A stretch of DNA of 64,000 nucleotides from Anthoceros angustus. Taxonomy: Eukaryota > Plantae > Anthocerotophyta. This document shows, in pieces, positions 10,873 to 22,888 of this stretch; the first letter of the stretch is position 1; each line of letters begins with the position of its first letter. Below the pieces are notes generated by a model, which did no database searches, was not told the origin of the DNA, and saw only the letters and a program-made list of their open reading frames with translations. The translations under genes and the position numbers were made by a program. The stretch covers positions 1,674,001 through 1,738,000 of the forward strand of contig VJWM01000063.1 of the NCBI GenBank assembly GCA_010909165.1, read 5' to 3'.

Positions 10873-11928
10873 GGGGGTTCAGGGATGAAAGGGCGGCCAG
10901 CAGCAGTTAGAGCCACTTGTTGTGGGCGGGCTTCCAGTAGCTCTCTGTGGACGATACTCGCGGGAATTGTTGCCGTCTTAGAGCGGATGGTGAGATGTAA
11001 CAGCTTGTGTTCCTGGCCATTATTGAGGAACCAGTTAGGAAATTTTTGACTTGAAGGTTGAAGGTCTGCTACCATAGCTGATCTGTAGGTGGTGTGAAAT
11101 AATTTGATTTTGATACAGCCTCGGGGCCTTGCTACGATTGCTAGCTTGGGTAAGAAAACGTGCTGCGATTCCATGTAGGGAACCTGTCGGGATAGGCTAG
11201 CTAGATCGGTTATGCCAGGTTGGAAATCACCTGAGGGACGGTTTGTTGGGCTGCGTGCTCGGCATCAGCAGAATGAAATACTTCACTAGCAGATGGAGCC
11301 ATCGCTGGAGTCTGCATACCGGAAACTTCAAGACACGTAAATTTTGAATAAAAACATAACTTCCCTCTGTTTCGGAAGCAACGATTTGCAGTTATGCAAC
11401 ATGCACCTTTGAGACTCGAGATATTCATGCCTGCCATTAGTGACAGGCCACTCGTAGATGCAAAGTTTGGACATTATTCGGGAGTCCTACCCGAATTGAT
11501 GCAACCCTAAGTCATACCGATGATGTTTTAAGCATCTGCAACATCCACTGTGCCTTTCTCATGCCACTTAGGGCTGCAGCATCCAAAATTATTCTGAGCT
11601 CGAGTCATACCCAGATTGCTGCACGCCAGTACAAGGAAGAAGACGGGATTAGGGTTAAAGCTCGAATGGAAATGTCTGGCCTTATGTTCAGACTTGAGCC
11701 ACAGCAAATTATAACAGACCTTTCAACAAGTTCACATACAGCAAGAGATCCGGACAGCCCAGGCTATGTGCCAACAACTTCGTACTTGCCCTCGTCCTAC
11801 GACAACCTAATCATCTGTGCATGTGATACTGCGACAGTTGCTAGAAATAGGACAAGTCCCACCCTTGCCTATCCTAGCTCATCTGCGGTAAAAGAAACGT
11901 GCTACGCCACCACAAACTCCTCGATCCG

Positions 11929-12300
11929 TCATTCATTCATGACAGGCTTGTTCTCACTTGCCTTAGGCTTCTGATCCTTAGGCTTTTGATCCTCCGCTTT
12001 CCTGACCACATCAACAGCAACCACGACGCATAAGGATTAGAAAAGAGGTGCATGCCACAAAAAGGCCATGTCCTTACCGCACAAGCCTGCTAACAGAATA
12101 TAAGCAATCGCGTCTTCAAGAAACCAAACCAGGAAGCATCACACAACTTCCAAAAACTGGATCGGTGCAAAACTAAAGAAACTTCAGGAACATGCTCCGG
12201 GTGACACGAACCGAAAAGAAACCAGCTACCTCTTGTCAGCGGCACCGCCTTTCTGACTCAAGAAAGAACGGAACAACGCGGAGTTCACGTCGTAAATCAT
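11929..12300 (-). CDS. wound-induced basic protein family microprotein, 47 aa, 2 exons: 12300-12230, 12001-11929
   Basis: Spliced MIYDVNSALFRSFLSQKGGAADKRKAEDQKPKDQKPKASENKPVMNE matches the conserved plant MIYDVNS.LFRSFLSQKGG family. It is absent from the ORF track. Confidence 0.92.
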
Positions 12301-12785
12301 CTTGCACAAAGACCTCTGCTCACGGCGCCGCCAAGCAACAGTACCCTTCACGAGGAATCGGACTGCAACGCAAAGTTAGGGCTTGTGATCGCGTGCAATT
12401 TTTATAGGCCCTCCAGGAGTACGAAAGGCCAAAGGCTGGAACTGTGACAAGCAAACCCGGTTGCGTTCCACAACTTTTAGGATGTGAATTCTTCAGTTTC
12501 TTCTAGGACACATGTATGTGTACGTGCACCTTCAAACCTAGGTCATCCTTTTAGATAAGCAGCGGGACTACTCTCCTATTTCACACCGTTCTTTGGGCCG
12601 TTGTATCATTGCCGTCTACAGGGCACTTGAAGGGGGTTATGTTATGGACAGTAACGACGGCTGAAGATGCTTCCTCGACTAGTTTAGTAATATGGAGGCT
12701 ATTCAAATCTTCCTAGTTATGACATTGTAGCTGCTAAGGTGACAGGAGCTTAGTGACAAATGGACACACATTTATAAGAACGCTC

Positions 12786-12949
12786 CTGAGCTCAGATCGG
12801 AACTTAGATGGGGTGCTTAAAGGGAGTGGATGCCCTTGGTGCAAGTAGTTTAGGCACACCATGGTACCTGAGCTTAGATCGGTACTTAGATGGGGTGCCT
12901 AAAGGGAGTGGATGCCCTTGGTGCAAGTAGCTTACGCACACCATGGTAC
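12786..12949. repeat. 82 bp tandem duplication
   Basis: CTGAGCT.AGATCGG.ACTTAGATGGGGTGC.TAAAGGGAGTGGATGCCCTTGGTGCAAGTAG...CACCATGGTAC at 12786 and 12868. Confidence 0.85.
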
Positions 12950-13249
12950 AAGTTGTTAAGTATCAAGTCCCATGACGGAAATCCGTCCTTAGTAGACTTA
13001 AATAAAATTCTTCTTCTTCTTCTGTTCCTTCTTTACCCTGATCCTTGGGGTCTCTTTTTCATGTCTTTAGTGGATGGGTTCACTCATCTCCTCTGTCTTT
13101 AATAAAATATATATATTATTTATAATTAATATATAGAATCCACCCCATACATATATAATTTATGGGTTCATACCTATTAACCTATTAATATTTTATATTT
13201 ATTTTAATAAATTATTTTATATTGAGTGATTGAGAAACAAACTTACTTA

Positions 13250-13950
13250 TTTTGTACAAGTTTTTATTGAGGTGAAAAACGATGGGAAGAGGCCTTCAAG
13301 AAGGAGACTACCAAAGGGGACCAGGGGGTCGAGGTGGAGAGGAACAACTAAGCTCCCTACCTAAAGTCACCTACTGCACCCACAATGTCATATGCAGGAA
13401 GAATAAACGGCTTGCAAACCACACAGGTAGAGGAAGATGCGTCACCTAATGTTGCCGCCTTGTGGAGGATCGCCGTTGAGAGCGCCCGTTGAAGGGCAAT
13501 TGAAACTCCTTGTTGGAAGTATGCTGTGAAGTACGAGAGGGACAGCCCCGCACCGTGTCTGTGCGCATGGTAAGTAGTAGCACAAGACTTAACAAATTTT
13601 TCAAAGTCCTCAGTCATTGCCCCATACATTTCTAGTGCAAGCGGAATAAAGAGGTGGCCCGCTTGCATCCTGCTATATTTGCGGACCTTGAGAGTCGCTG
13701 CTCCAGCAGAGCCCAACCTGGATGGTAAGTGATGTCCTGAGCGAAGATGGTGTCACGTGTAGGATTGGTAACCACCACATCCTCCACCGAAACCTGGTCG
13801 CCACGGACAAGGTACAGGTCAACCCTGATTGAACGACCTGTATAGAGAGTATCTCCAGGCCATATAGCCACTTTCGCGAGTGATGGCGAACATGACATCG
13901 CGGGGCCTAATCCTATCATTGCATCTACGAAGGTAGGCACTATAGCGGCC
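13250..13950 (-). mobile_element. 3' end of an RLE-type (CRE-like) non-LTR retrotransposon
   Basis: Frameshifted restriction-like endonuclease motifs: DRIR..DVMFAITRESG, RVDLYL..EDVVVTNPT and FIPLALEMYG...GVSIALQRA. AATAAA on the minus strand near 13262. Confidence 0.8.
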
Positions 13951-14047
13951 GAGGGGAATTCATCTCCCTCGGGAACAAGAAGAAGGGGGACAAGCCCCCG
14001 GAGAGAGAACTGTGGAGCTACTTAAGTCCACGGATGTGTGTGGAAAG

Positions 14048-14157
14048 GTAGGAGGTTTACCTCCTACCAATGGGACGGTAGGAGGAAAACCTCCTTCAAA
14101 CAAGGTGGTAAGAGGGGAACCTCCTACGGATGGATCAGTAGGAGGAGCACCTCCTAC
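14048..14157. repeat. array of four 30-bp units, each an 8-bp inverted repeat with a 4-nt loop plus a variable 10-nt linker
   Basis: GTAGGAGG-TTTA-CCTCCTAC (14048), GTAGGAGG-AAAA-CCTCCTTC (14078), GTAAGAGG-GGAA-CCTCCTAC (14108) and GTAGGAGG-AGCA-CCTCCTAC (14138). Confidence 0.85.
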
Positions 14158-15193
14158 AAGAGAAGAGGGGAAAATTGTTTCTTCCCCAAGAGCATACCTA
14201 CCTAAGGAACGGACGAAGGTAGGAGGAGAAGCCAGGGGCAGTTCCGATGAACGATCTGAGTTAGGAGGAGGTAAGCGATCCGCTAAAGATGAAGGTGAAA
14301 ACGGAGGAGTTTGAAGAAGCAAACGAAGGCGAACCTCTTAGCTGGTAGGATGATTCATAGGATGACTGGTAGAAGCAATCTTTTTTGGACACTGACACTA
14401 ACGTGGGACCCATATTTAAGAGGGGGACCCTATTTTGGAGAAGGGAGTGACTGAGATGACTGGGAGATGTGGCAGTTGTGAGCTAGACCTTACCCTATGG
14501 GGTCGAAAGTCCGGACTGCCAGTCACAAATTCCCTCATGGAATCTGGAGGGTCATCTCGCATTTAAGATGCACATATTTTGAGAGACCGCTCCTCCTATA
14601 AAAGGGGAGCCATGTAACTAGTTCAATATCAATCCTTGTGGCTCTTCTTCAGTGTCGTGCCCCCGCTGTGAGAGTGCGCGACCGACCCCATTCGCCAGAC
14701 GGCGCGTCGGCGAAGGAGAGCAAGGTTGATCGGAGGGACTGAGCGGAAAGGGAGGCACGCGCGCCCACCTCTTGACCAATTTTCTGTTTCCTTGTGCCGG
14801 TTGCACCTTAGGATTGCTGTGTGCTTGTCTGCTTGTTGGCATCTTGCAAGGCACTAACGTTAAGGACTCGTTTTGAAGCAACCAGCCGAGGGCTTCCAAA
14901 CCCAAGAGCGCTCACGTTAGAGGCAATCTCAGGGCTGCCGTATAAGAAGGAGATATGAGATTGAGTTATTGGGTTATTGTCGTTGTAGTGTTTTTCTGTG
15001 GTCTTAGAAGGTAGAGGAACCTGGAAGGCTCGATTTGGGGCCGTGAGCCAGTAATCCCAAAACCCATACTTGGGGAGGTAGTTCGTAATGAGGAAGGAAT
15101 TGTGAGAGAAAGAGAGAATCGATCCCTCTTAGATAAGTGCATCCAAACAAGTCTCTTGGGATCGAACCTACGTATTCGATGACCGTGGGATAA

Positions 15194-16577
15194 GTGTGGC
15201 CACTGGGGCTAGCTCTGGGTGACCGGGGCGAATCCACCACATATGGCCTCAAGCAATTTGGAAAAGAATGGTATGAAATGCTTTTCGCAAGCCTCCGAGA
15301 TTTAGGATTTACCAAGAGCAATGCTGATGCTTGTGTCTTCACCAGGAACATAGGCTCTCACATGCTAATGATGGGTCTCTACGCGGATGATCTGATTATG
15401 ATTTCCAATGATGCAAAATACCTATCAGAATGTAAATGTGCACTCTTGCGTAGATTTTCCATGACAGATAATGGCGTTATGCAATTTTGCTTAGGCGTAC
15501 AGGTTACGTATGATTCCTCTCAGCGGAGTATCACTTTACATTAGGAGCGATATGTGATTGATGTTTTGGACAAGTTCAACATGACCAATTGTAAACCAAC
15601 TGAGACTCCTATGCAGACAGGTCCTCGCCTTCGCAAGACTATGTGCCCGAAGACCCCGCAGAACAAGAGGAAATGAAATATATTCCATATGCTGGGGCTG
15701 TTGGCAGCCTTCAGCATCTTGTACAGAATACACGGCCCGACATAGCCCTTTCAACCTCATTGACATCTCAATTCCTCTCCAATGCTGGCCAAGCCCATTG
15801 GGTCGCCGTAATGCGCATTCTTCGATACCTGCAAGGTACCAAGTGTAAGGGAATTAGATACCAAGGTGGGCATCAAGCCCAAACTAAACTTATAGGTTGG
15901 ACGGATGCAGACTACGGTGGTGATCCAGATTCACAGAAGTCAACAAGTGGCTACGTATTTTTATTGGCAGGGGGTGTTGTTAGCTGGAAAGCTAAGAAAC
16001 AGACCTCTGTAGCTCAAAGCTCTGCAGAATCGGAGTACATTGCAGCTGTTGCTGCTGCTAAGAAAGGTCTCAGGTTGGTTCAGCTATTGAAAGATCTCGG
16101 CTACCCACATGACGGACCCATAGAAATCCGTTGTGATAATCAGGCGGCCATTCTACTCTCCAAGGATCTTCGCTTTCATGAACGATCCAAACACATAGAA
16201 ATTCGTTATCACTTCTTAAGAACGAAGGTCGAGAGCGGAGAATTATACCTCACCTATGTGCCTATAGAGGACCAAGTGGCAGATATATTGACCAAGCCTC
16301 TAGCCAAGATCAAACATTCACACTTTACCTCTACATTGGGACTTTCAGATCATTCATGATTTCCCAATCTCCCCGTTTGCGCTTAAGGGGGTGTGTGAGC
16401 ATGTATTAACACATACAGATAAGCTGACCGTGGAATTAGGACCTCTTTAGTCATGCCCGTTCATGAACAATCGTGTCTCTTCGAGACTTGATCTCTCATA
16501 TGCTCTCAGAGCATAACCCTGTACAATTTTTGTGATACACAATACACAAAACCCGAATTACAATCTCTCCATTCTCA
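15194..16577 (+). mobile_element. Ty1/copia RT-RNaseH fragment with PPT and probable 3' LTR
   Basis: YGLKQ, LYADDL, TDADYGGD, SAESEY, CDNQAAI, KHIEIRYHF and QVADILTK. Stop/frameshift at ~15544-15640, PPT AAGGGGG at 16385, then TG...CA (right end approximate). Confidence 0.9.
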
Positions 16578-17530
16578 ATTTGAGATACCTATGCAAGGCC
16601 GGTCCCCGAGCTTTTGTGATTTGCAGTGGTAAGGACGCAGAGCACATCGCCCTTGGCCTAACAGCCAGGAAGATGCAGCTCAACTCCATCATTGTGTTGG
16701 AGCAGGAGCACAGGTGGCAACCAGCCGGGACATGGATGTGAAGCCCGTCATCGGCTTTAGGGCGAAGTTGAGCACGAAGCGCGGTGCATGGTTAGTGGGG
16801 CAAGACCTTCGAGGATGATGGCAAGTTTGGTCTGACATCCCGGAACTTGTGAGGGTGGTGGGCAAGGTGAGGGCGGTGGGCATGTTGGATTGCTCCATTT
16901 TCACTTCGGATAAGGTCGTCAGGGGCTCGGGGCTCAGTGTGGTGAGGATCCAGGATGCAACCTGCAAGCGAGGATGGGGAGGACCAAGTTCCAATGCAGC
17001 CTCTAGTGGTTTGATGTACTTGGTCTGAGTAAGTGCAGCAACTGAGGGGTGTGAAGTAGTCCATGGCATAGAGTTGCCGATCGCCCGTTATTCCATCGGG
17101 ATGGGTATGAGCATCGACTAATGCCATGGGAACAATCGGCACAGGAGGTGGCGGAAGCTCTATCAAGGCATGGGATCGGAGGAGGAGCGGGTTTGGGAGC
17201 AGGCGAGTTCCTCCGCAACTCCCCTGCATCCTTTGCTTGGAGCTTGAGATACTTTGCTTGATTATGCGTGAGGCTGGAGTGGAGGCGATCACGAGGCTGT
17301 GTATTCGGATCCTGATCCAGAGGAGGACCCATTGTTCGGATTGAGAATTTGCACGCAAGCGTAAACGATTGTGATGAAGGCAGCGTAAGCTGCAGCGATA
17401 TTCGTAGCCATCCCGCGATTCGGGCGCCGGGGTGGCTCACTGATTGCGATTGTTGGCGTGTCGCCTCGCCTCAACCCGCCACGCCCGCTCCTTGTGTCCT
17501 TTGGATGCCTCCTAAGCTCGTGCGCAAGGA

Positions 17531-18197
17531 GGTGTTAGAGTTATAACAGTATAAGCTTAACTACGCTTAGGGTTAGGTTATATAAGTTAAAGTAGTATAT
17601 CCAAAGGTTGCATAGTGAAGGGTTGTTCATTATAAAAGACCAACACTTATTTAATATTTGTATTCTCTGTTTATTCTGAATTAGATTGTGCTTTGCTTTA
17701 ATTCCTCATGCGATTGCGCAGCGGAATAACATAGGATCTAAGGTTGGGATCGAGACTAGTCCATACTCGTCGATTCAACTGTTGCGATGTCACAATAGCA
17801 ACCTGATAATAATTGCCATTTGTCGTGAGATGATACCAGTCAGCTAACCAAAATAAGGCATCAATTGCCTCAATCCACAAACGCCGGAGAATTTCATATT
17901 TGTTCCATTGTGTGTCAAGATATGTATATCTTGTGGTTAGTCTGGATCTGGTCATAGTCTCAAGGTGAGCATCGAGAGCAGGGCTCTGATACCATGTTCG
18001 GTTTGAACCATGGTCAGAGTGCGCGAGGAAAGCAAAGCACGATCTAATTCAGAATAAACAGAGAATACAAATATTGGATAAGTGTTGGTCTTTTATACTA
18101 AACAACCCTTCACTATGCAACCTTTGGATATATTACTCTAACTTATATAACCTAACCCTAAGCGTAGTTAAGCTTATACTGTTATAACTCTAACACC
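17531..18197 (-). mobile_element. 201-bp LTR (17995-18195) + tRNA-iMet PBS + 85-aa ORF, fused to an inverted 166-bp copy of the same LTR (17533-17698)
   Basis: The minus strand reads TGTTAGAG...CGAACA, then TGGTATCAGAGC (17994-17983). Positions 17533-17698 are a near-perfect reverse complement of 18030-18195. Confidence 0.75.
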
Positions 18198-19245
18198 CAT
18201 ATCCTGCATTGCAACTTCAGGTGCAACAAGACTAGGCCGAGGCAGTTTCTTGCGCTTGGATGTTGACCTGGGTGCGGGAGGGAACAATTGGAGTAGAGGA
18301 GGAGTTGGGACATTTGCTTCAAGCATGATGTGAGGTGAACCTAGTGTCGGATTCGGCTGATGCTCGTGCTGCAATCCACCAAGAGCCCTCGCCCAAGGTT
18401 GAGGAATTGGTATGTTGAGTTTGTGCGGATGTTTGTCCAAGGGCTGCTGTTTGAGGATCCAGAAAAGGACCTCCATGTCCCGCCGGTGTTTGCAGGTTGT
18501 TGCTCATGCCGCTGGTGCTACCGCTGGATGTGGTGCCTAGGGATTGGTTGGCATGTTCCAAGCAGGAGCAGGAGCAGGAGCCCGGAACCTCATACACCAG
18601 CTGCTCGACAAGCATTCCAGCCTGACCCTGCATACTAGTTCCTCAACCTTGGACCCAAGTAAGCACTGTCGGTGGATTGCAGCAGCAGCAGTCGTATCCT
18701 AGACTGCGTTCATCTCACACATGCCTGGCCCAGCTCCTCCTCCACTCCACCTGTTCCTACCCGCATTCAGGTCAAGGTCCAAGCGGAAGAAGCCGGCTCG
18801 GCTGTTCCTACTGCACTGAGCTGCAATGCAAGATATGGATCCTCCTCCGGATCGGGATCCGAATCCACGACCTTCGTGATCGAGTCTCGCGCATCCGGGC
18901 GCACACAATGAAGCGGCCGTGTCCATTTCATATGAGGTCATTGAAAATGAATCGAACATTCATTGGATGCCCATATGTTTTAAGTTTATTTGCACATTCA
19001 TATATTTATGCAACGACTTTGTTCATTTGAAGGACCCTAATCATGGCAAGATGTGCAAGGACGTGTATGGCAACCCGAACCACTACCTGGAGGTGCAACC
19101 CTTGCAGCCTGGCAAGTCCTACTACATGGGCATGATCCGTGTAGGTGGCCATTCCAGGGGAACACGCACAACTTGTTCGGCAACAGCAATATTGTGCAGG
19201 TCACTGAGAGAAGGGAGCGGTGGGTTATGATATTGAGGAGTGTGG

Positions 19246-19465
19246 CCGAGGCTAGACTGTCGCTCATGTGCTTTGACTCATCCAGCATGAGCCCGATACC
19301 ATGCTGCAGGACTCGTTATCTTTATAAGACCTCAAGACCTGGGTTGAGGAACCTACCGAGGCTAGACTGTCGCTCATGTGCTTTGACTCATCCAGCATGA
19401 GCCCGATACCATGCTGCAGGACTCGTTATCTTTATAAGACCTCAAGACCTGGGTTGAGGAACCCT
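19246..19465. repeat. 110 bp tandem duplication
   Basis: CCGAGGCTAGACTGTCGCTCATGTG...GGGTTGAGGAACC at 19246 and 19356, near-identical. Confidence 0.9.
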
Positions 19466-20236
19466 ACCCGAGGGCCACCTAACCCCTGCTGGCCAAGAAG
19501 TTATGGCAGGCCCCTCGCCTATGAGCCGCTCGCCTTCATATGCACGATCGCAGCTTCAGCCCTTCGACCTATCTCTGCACCCGCTCCTAGTAGGTCTATC
19601 TACAGGCCTCAACACATCTACAGGCAGCACAGCTTTGGGACGGGGAAGCAGCTTCATGTGCAAAATAATGCTGGACACGGACATGAAGGTGATGCATTTG
19701 TAGCAGTTGAATAAAATGGTATGCAAAGTAGGGCAGCGTGGAAGATGCTCAAATAGTCTTTTGATGGACTTGATCAAACAGAACAGACAGGGTAATTTGA
19801 TCTGCTAGGCTTGATGCCAGGATAGTCAGGACATGTAGGACATGCAAGTATCCCTCCTTTGGTGTCTATGTTGTTATGCAAGGACAAAGCTTCGCGACCC
19901 ATCAGAAGATGGTCATGGGTACCGGCGCCATGGCTCATGCCGCACGCTACCTTCCGAGAACAAGGGCATCAAGTTATGGTGTCTGCAGCCACCAGTTTGT
20001 TGGATTCCCTGTAGTAAACCAGTGTAGTAATTAAAAATTCTCTTTCAGATCTAGAAAAGCTAGTCGTCACATTTCGAACAAGTTATGCACTTCTCGACAA
20101 GCAATGTTTCACATGTTGGCTCACGAATAGAATAATGGGGAGTTCAGTCTCGCGCACAAAGCCGCGAAGGAAAGCCTCCTTCACTGCCTTCAGCCAGACC
20201 GTATGTTCTTCATTGGTCTGACAGTTGATCAGCAAC

Positions 20237-22779
20237 TCATTGCTCTAGTTTTGAATTCTCCTTCTTCCGCAGCGTCAGCGGAAAACCGTCTGCCGGGTAG
20301 GGAATGGGCCAGACATGCTGCTTCGGGAAAGGAACTACTCCTGCAGGCTCGAACTCAGATGAGTGCACACAACATCCAGGAGCCGTGAGTACTCTTGAAG
20401 GTAATTTCAAGCTTGATGGCTTCTACGGGATGCAGTGTGTCTTACTCAAACACGTGTAGAAAACGATGCAGAAAAATGAGAATTTGCTGTCTCGCCAGAT
20501 CTTTGCCAACACAGATTCGGTCTCCGTTACCAAAAGGTGTGAAGGTATTGAACTTGGGCTTCGCCTGGTGAACATTCCAAAGGTCTAGTCAGTGGCCAGG
20601 GCACGAACAGCCGAAGGAACCTACCCACCAGAACAGATGATCACTCCGGACAGCAACCACTCTTTGCATGTAAGCTGTGCCCATCGAGTAAGTGATCTTG
20701 CCTTCAATCACAAATGAAGCCCATGCTACAATCCGAGAACTTTGGTAAACGTTTGTTACCTGAAATCGATCAGGATCAAATCTTAGCGGATCAGGGTACA
20801 CCTCTGAGTCCAGATGGAAATAGCGGTACCATGTAAGCACCTGCCAGCCTTTTGGAATCAGCATGCCTGAAAGAGAAAAACCCAACTTATCATCATGACG
20901 ATATATATGCGGACAAGGTCAAGAGAGCTCTTAGGTCACAACATGAAAACATTATCATGTACGACACGATATCTAAGAGTAGTCTTTCCAGAAGTGCTTA
21001 CCATCCAACACCACATCCTCTTTTGCTTTGCGAGGGCTGAAACCCGCAATGTTAACCAATCTCATTGTCTCTTGCAAAAACTGGCAGCATGTCGAATTCA
21101 GGAGCACATACCACACAAACATGAGCACAAAGGGAACTTGAAAGTCTACCGGAGGTCTCAACAGTGCGGCTCAAGATTTCACTTGCAAACGCTGTGAAGA
21201 AGAAGGCACAGAGTGGGGCTAATTGGAATTAGACGTACTCGAGTAGTGTAAGTCAGTGCCCTGGTCATTTCCTCCCATTTGATAGCGGCGTCTGGAGGGT
21301 TGTCCCTTGCAAACTCCTCATGCTCATCCTGCATGCACCACAAATTCAAACAACCATAACCTTAATTCTACATGTCAAGGATGCAGAGCACACATCACAA
21401 ACATCATGAAGTCCTGGAAAATTAGTGAGCACGATCTGACTTACTCTGACTCGCTTTGCAAGCTCTGGATACTGGCACATGTTGTACAGAACCCACATCA
21501 GGGCACACGTTGTGGTATCATGAGCTGCAAAGAGGACAGTAAGCATGTTGGATTTGATCTGCGTGTCACTCAGCTTCTCTCCGTCATCACTCTCCCAAGA
21601 CAAGAACTGCTGAAGCATATCGTCATGTTGCAGTCGGCCCTTTTCGCCCCGTCTCTTGTCCATAAGATGCTGCAAGAACTTGAAGGCTCTTCCAGATCCC
21701 TACGGCCAAGAAAATCAGAATGTTCATCACCCCATACATCAGTACATCTATGGTACGCTTTGTGCAGTCAAGGACCCGGCTCTCAAGATTCAAACCCTTC
21801 CACCATACCTCCACAGCCTTACTCCACGCACTTCCGGGAACCCTGAGTGGGACCACCAAGAGGCCATGCTCCACGGTACCAACGTCCTGCCGAAACCGAT
21901 CCAGCTCCACAGTACCAACGTCCTGCCGAAACCGATCCAGCTCCACAGACGGTTCCCAGTCGTCGCACATGAGGCGCATCGCCACGCAGAACGTAAACTG
22001 CACATGAGTCGCACATACCATCCACAGGCACACGGACTTCAGATAAGAGGTAGCCCATCACAGAAAAGACGAGCTTTGACACAGGCTATCAGCTGATCAC
22101 TACATCTATTCAAGCCACCTACATCCTTAAGCGCCCTCACAGTCTCCATGTAATCCTTGTCGGCCATGGCAGCAACCCAACTCTTGGCCGCCACGTCAAT
22201 GTGTGATGCTAGCGTCCTGAGCCCGTCCGTGGTAAGCGAGGACTTGATGATCTTCCGGTACACGTTGTGCATCTCCCCGTCCACTTGACTTATGGCATCT
22301 CGACCCAGGATGTCATTCTGCGAGGCCTGGTAGTTGGGTGCGAAGAGGCTGGGGTGCTGCAACACGAATCTGGTGGCCTCCACGGTGGTCACACACACTG
22401 TGGGATGGCCAAGCAAGTGCGTTCGAAAGTTCTTCCCGTACCTGCATGCGCGGGCCCGGAAAAACCTATAAATCTATCTACTCCTATCGAGCTCTTGCAG
22501 GTTCTTCCACAGACACAATCAACAACACAACAGGATGGGTGAACATACACAAGACTTACCTGCGGATCTTGGGGAGCATGAAGGGGTCGGGGTCTCCACT
22601 CAGCAGCTGGATGCTCTCGCCCTGCCGTGTCTGCCGAAGCTTCTCAAGGCGGGGCTGCTGGCTCTCTTCACCACCAGGGAGCGGGAGTAGAGGTAGACCA
22701 CCGCCAAGGCCAGCAACGGCAAACCCAAGATTAGGGCCACCCAGAGCCCAGGGCTGGACGTCGCATCCAATGCCATCAT
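20237..22779 (-). CDS. cytochrome P450, CYP85 clan (CYP707/85/90-like), ~9 exons; one apparent frameshift in exon 1, possibly a pseudogene
   Basis: N-terminal TM helix, GESIQL, I-helix LFAAHDTT, ETMR, FDPDRF and heme motif FGNGDRICVG. Exons: 22779-22560, 22441-22123, 21997-21809, 21699-21445, 21328-21239, 21080-21002, 20866-20760, 20564-20446 and ~20360-20237 (last acceptor uncertain). Confidence 0.85.
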
Positions 22780-22888
22780 CCTCACCCAAAGCATCCGGAT
22801 GTGATCGAGTTGCTATTAGAAAACAGTAAGTCCCAAGTTCAGTTCTATAAAAATGGTGTGCTATGCATACATATATAGCCTTTAGCCT

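Noticed and set aside
11561-11974. 137-aa plus-strand ORF sharing a peptide with ORF 27310..27675
   Set aside because: It is the antisense of the wound-induced gene's 3' end. The shared peptide reflects the DNA duplication.
14048-14157. CRISPR array
   Set aside because: Eukaryotic context, 10-nt linkers, variable repeat centres and no cas genes.
17567-17577. Telomere-like TTAGGGTTAGG
   Set aside because: Under two units and part of the LTR sequence.
18919-19400. Possible host-gene fragment (KDVYGNPNHYLEVQP...)
   Set aside because: No family recognised, no consistent exon chain, and interrupted by a 110-bp duplication.
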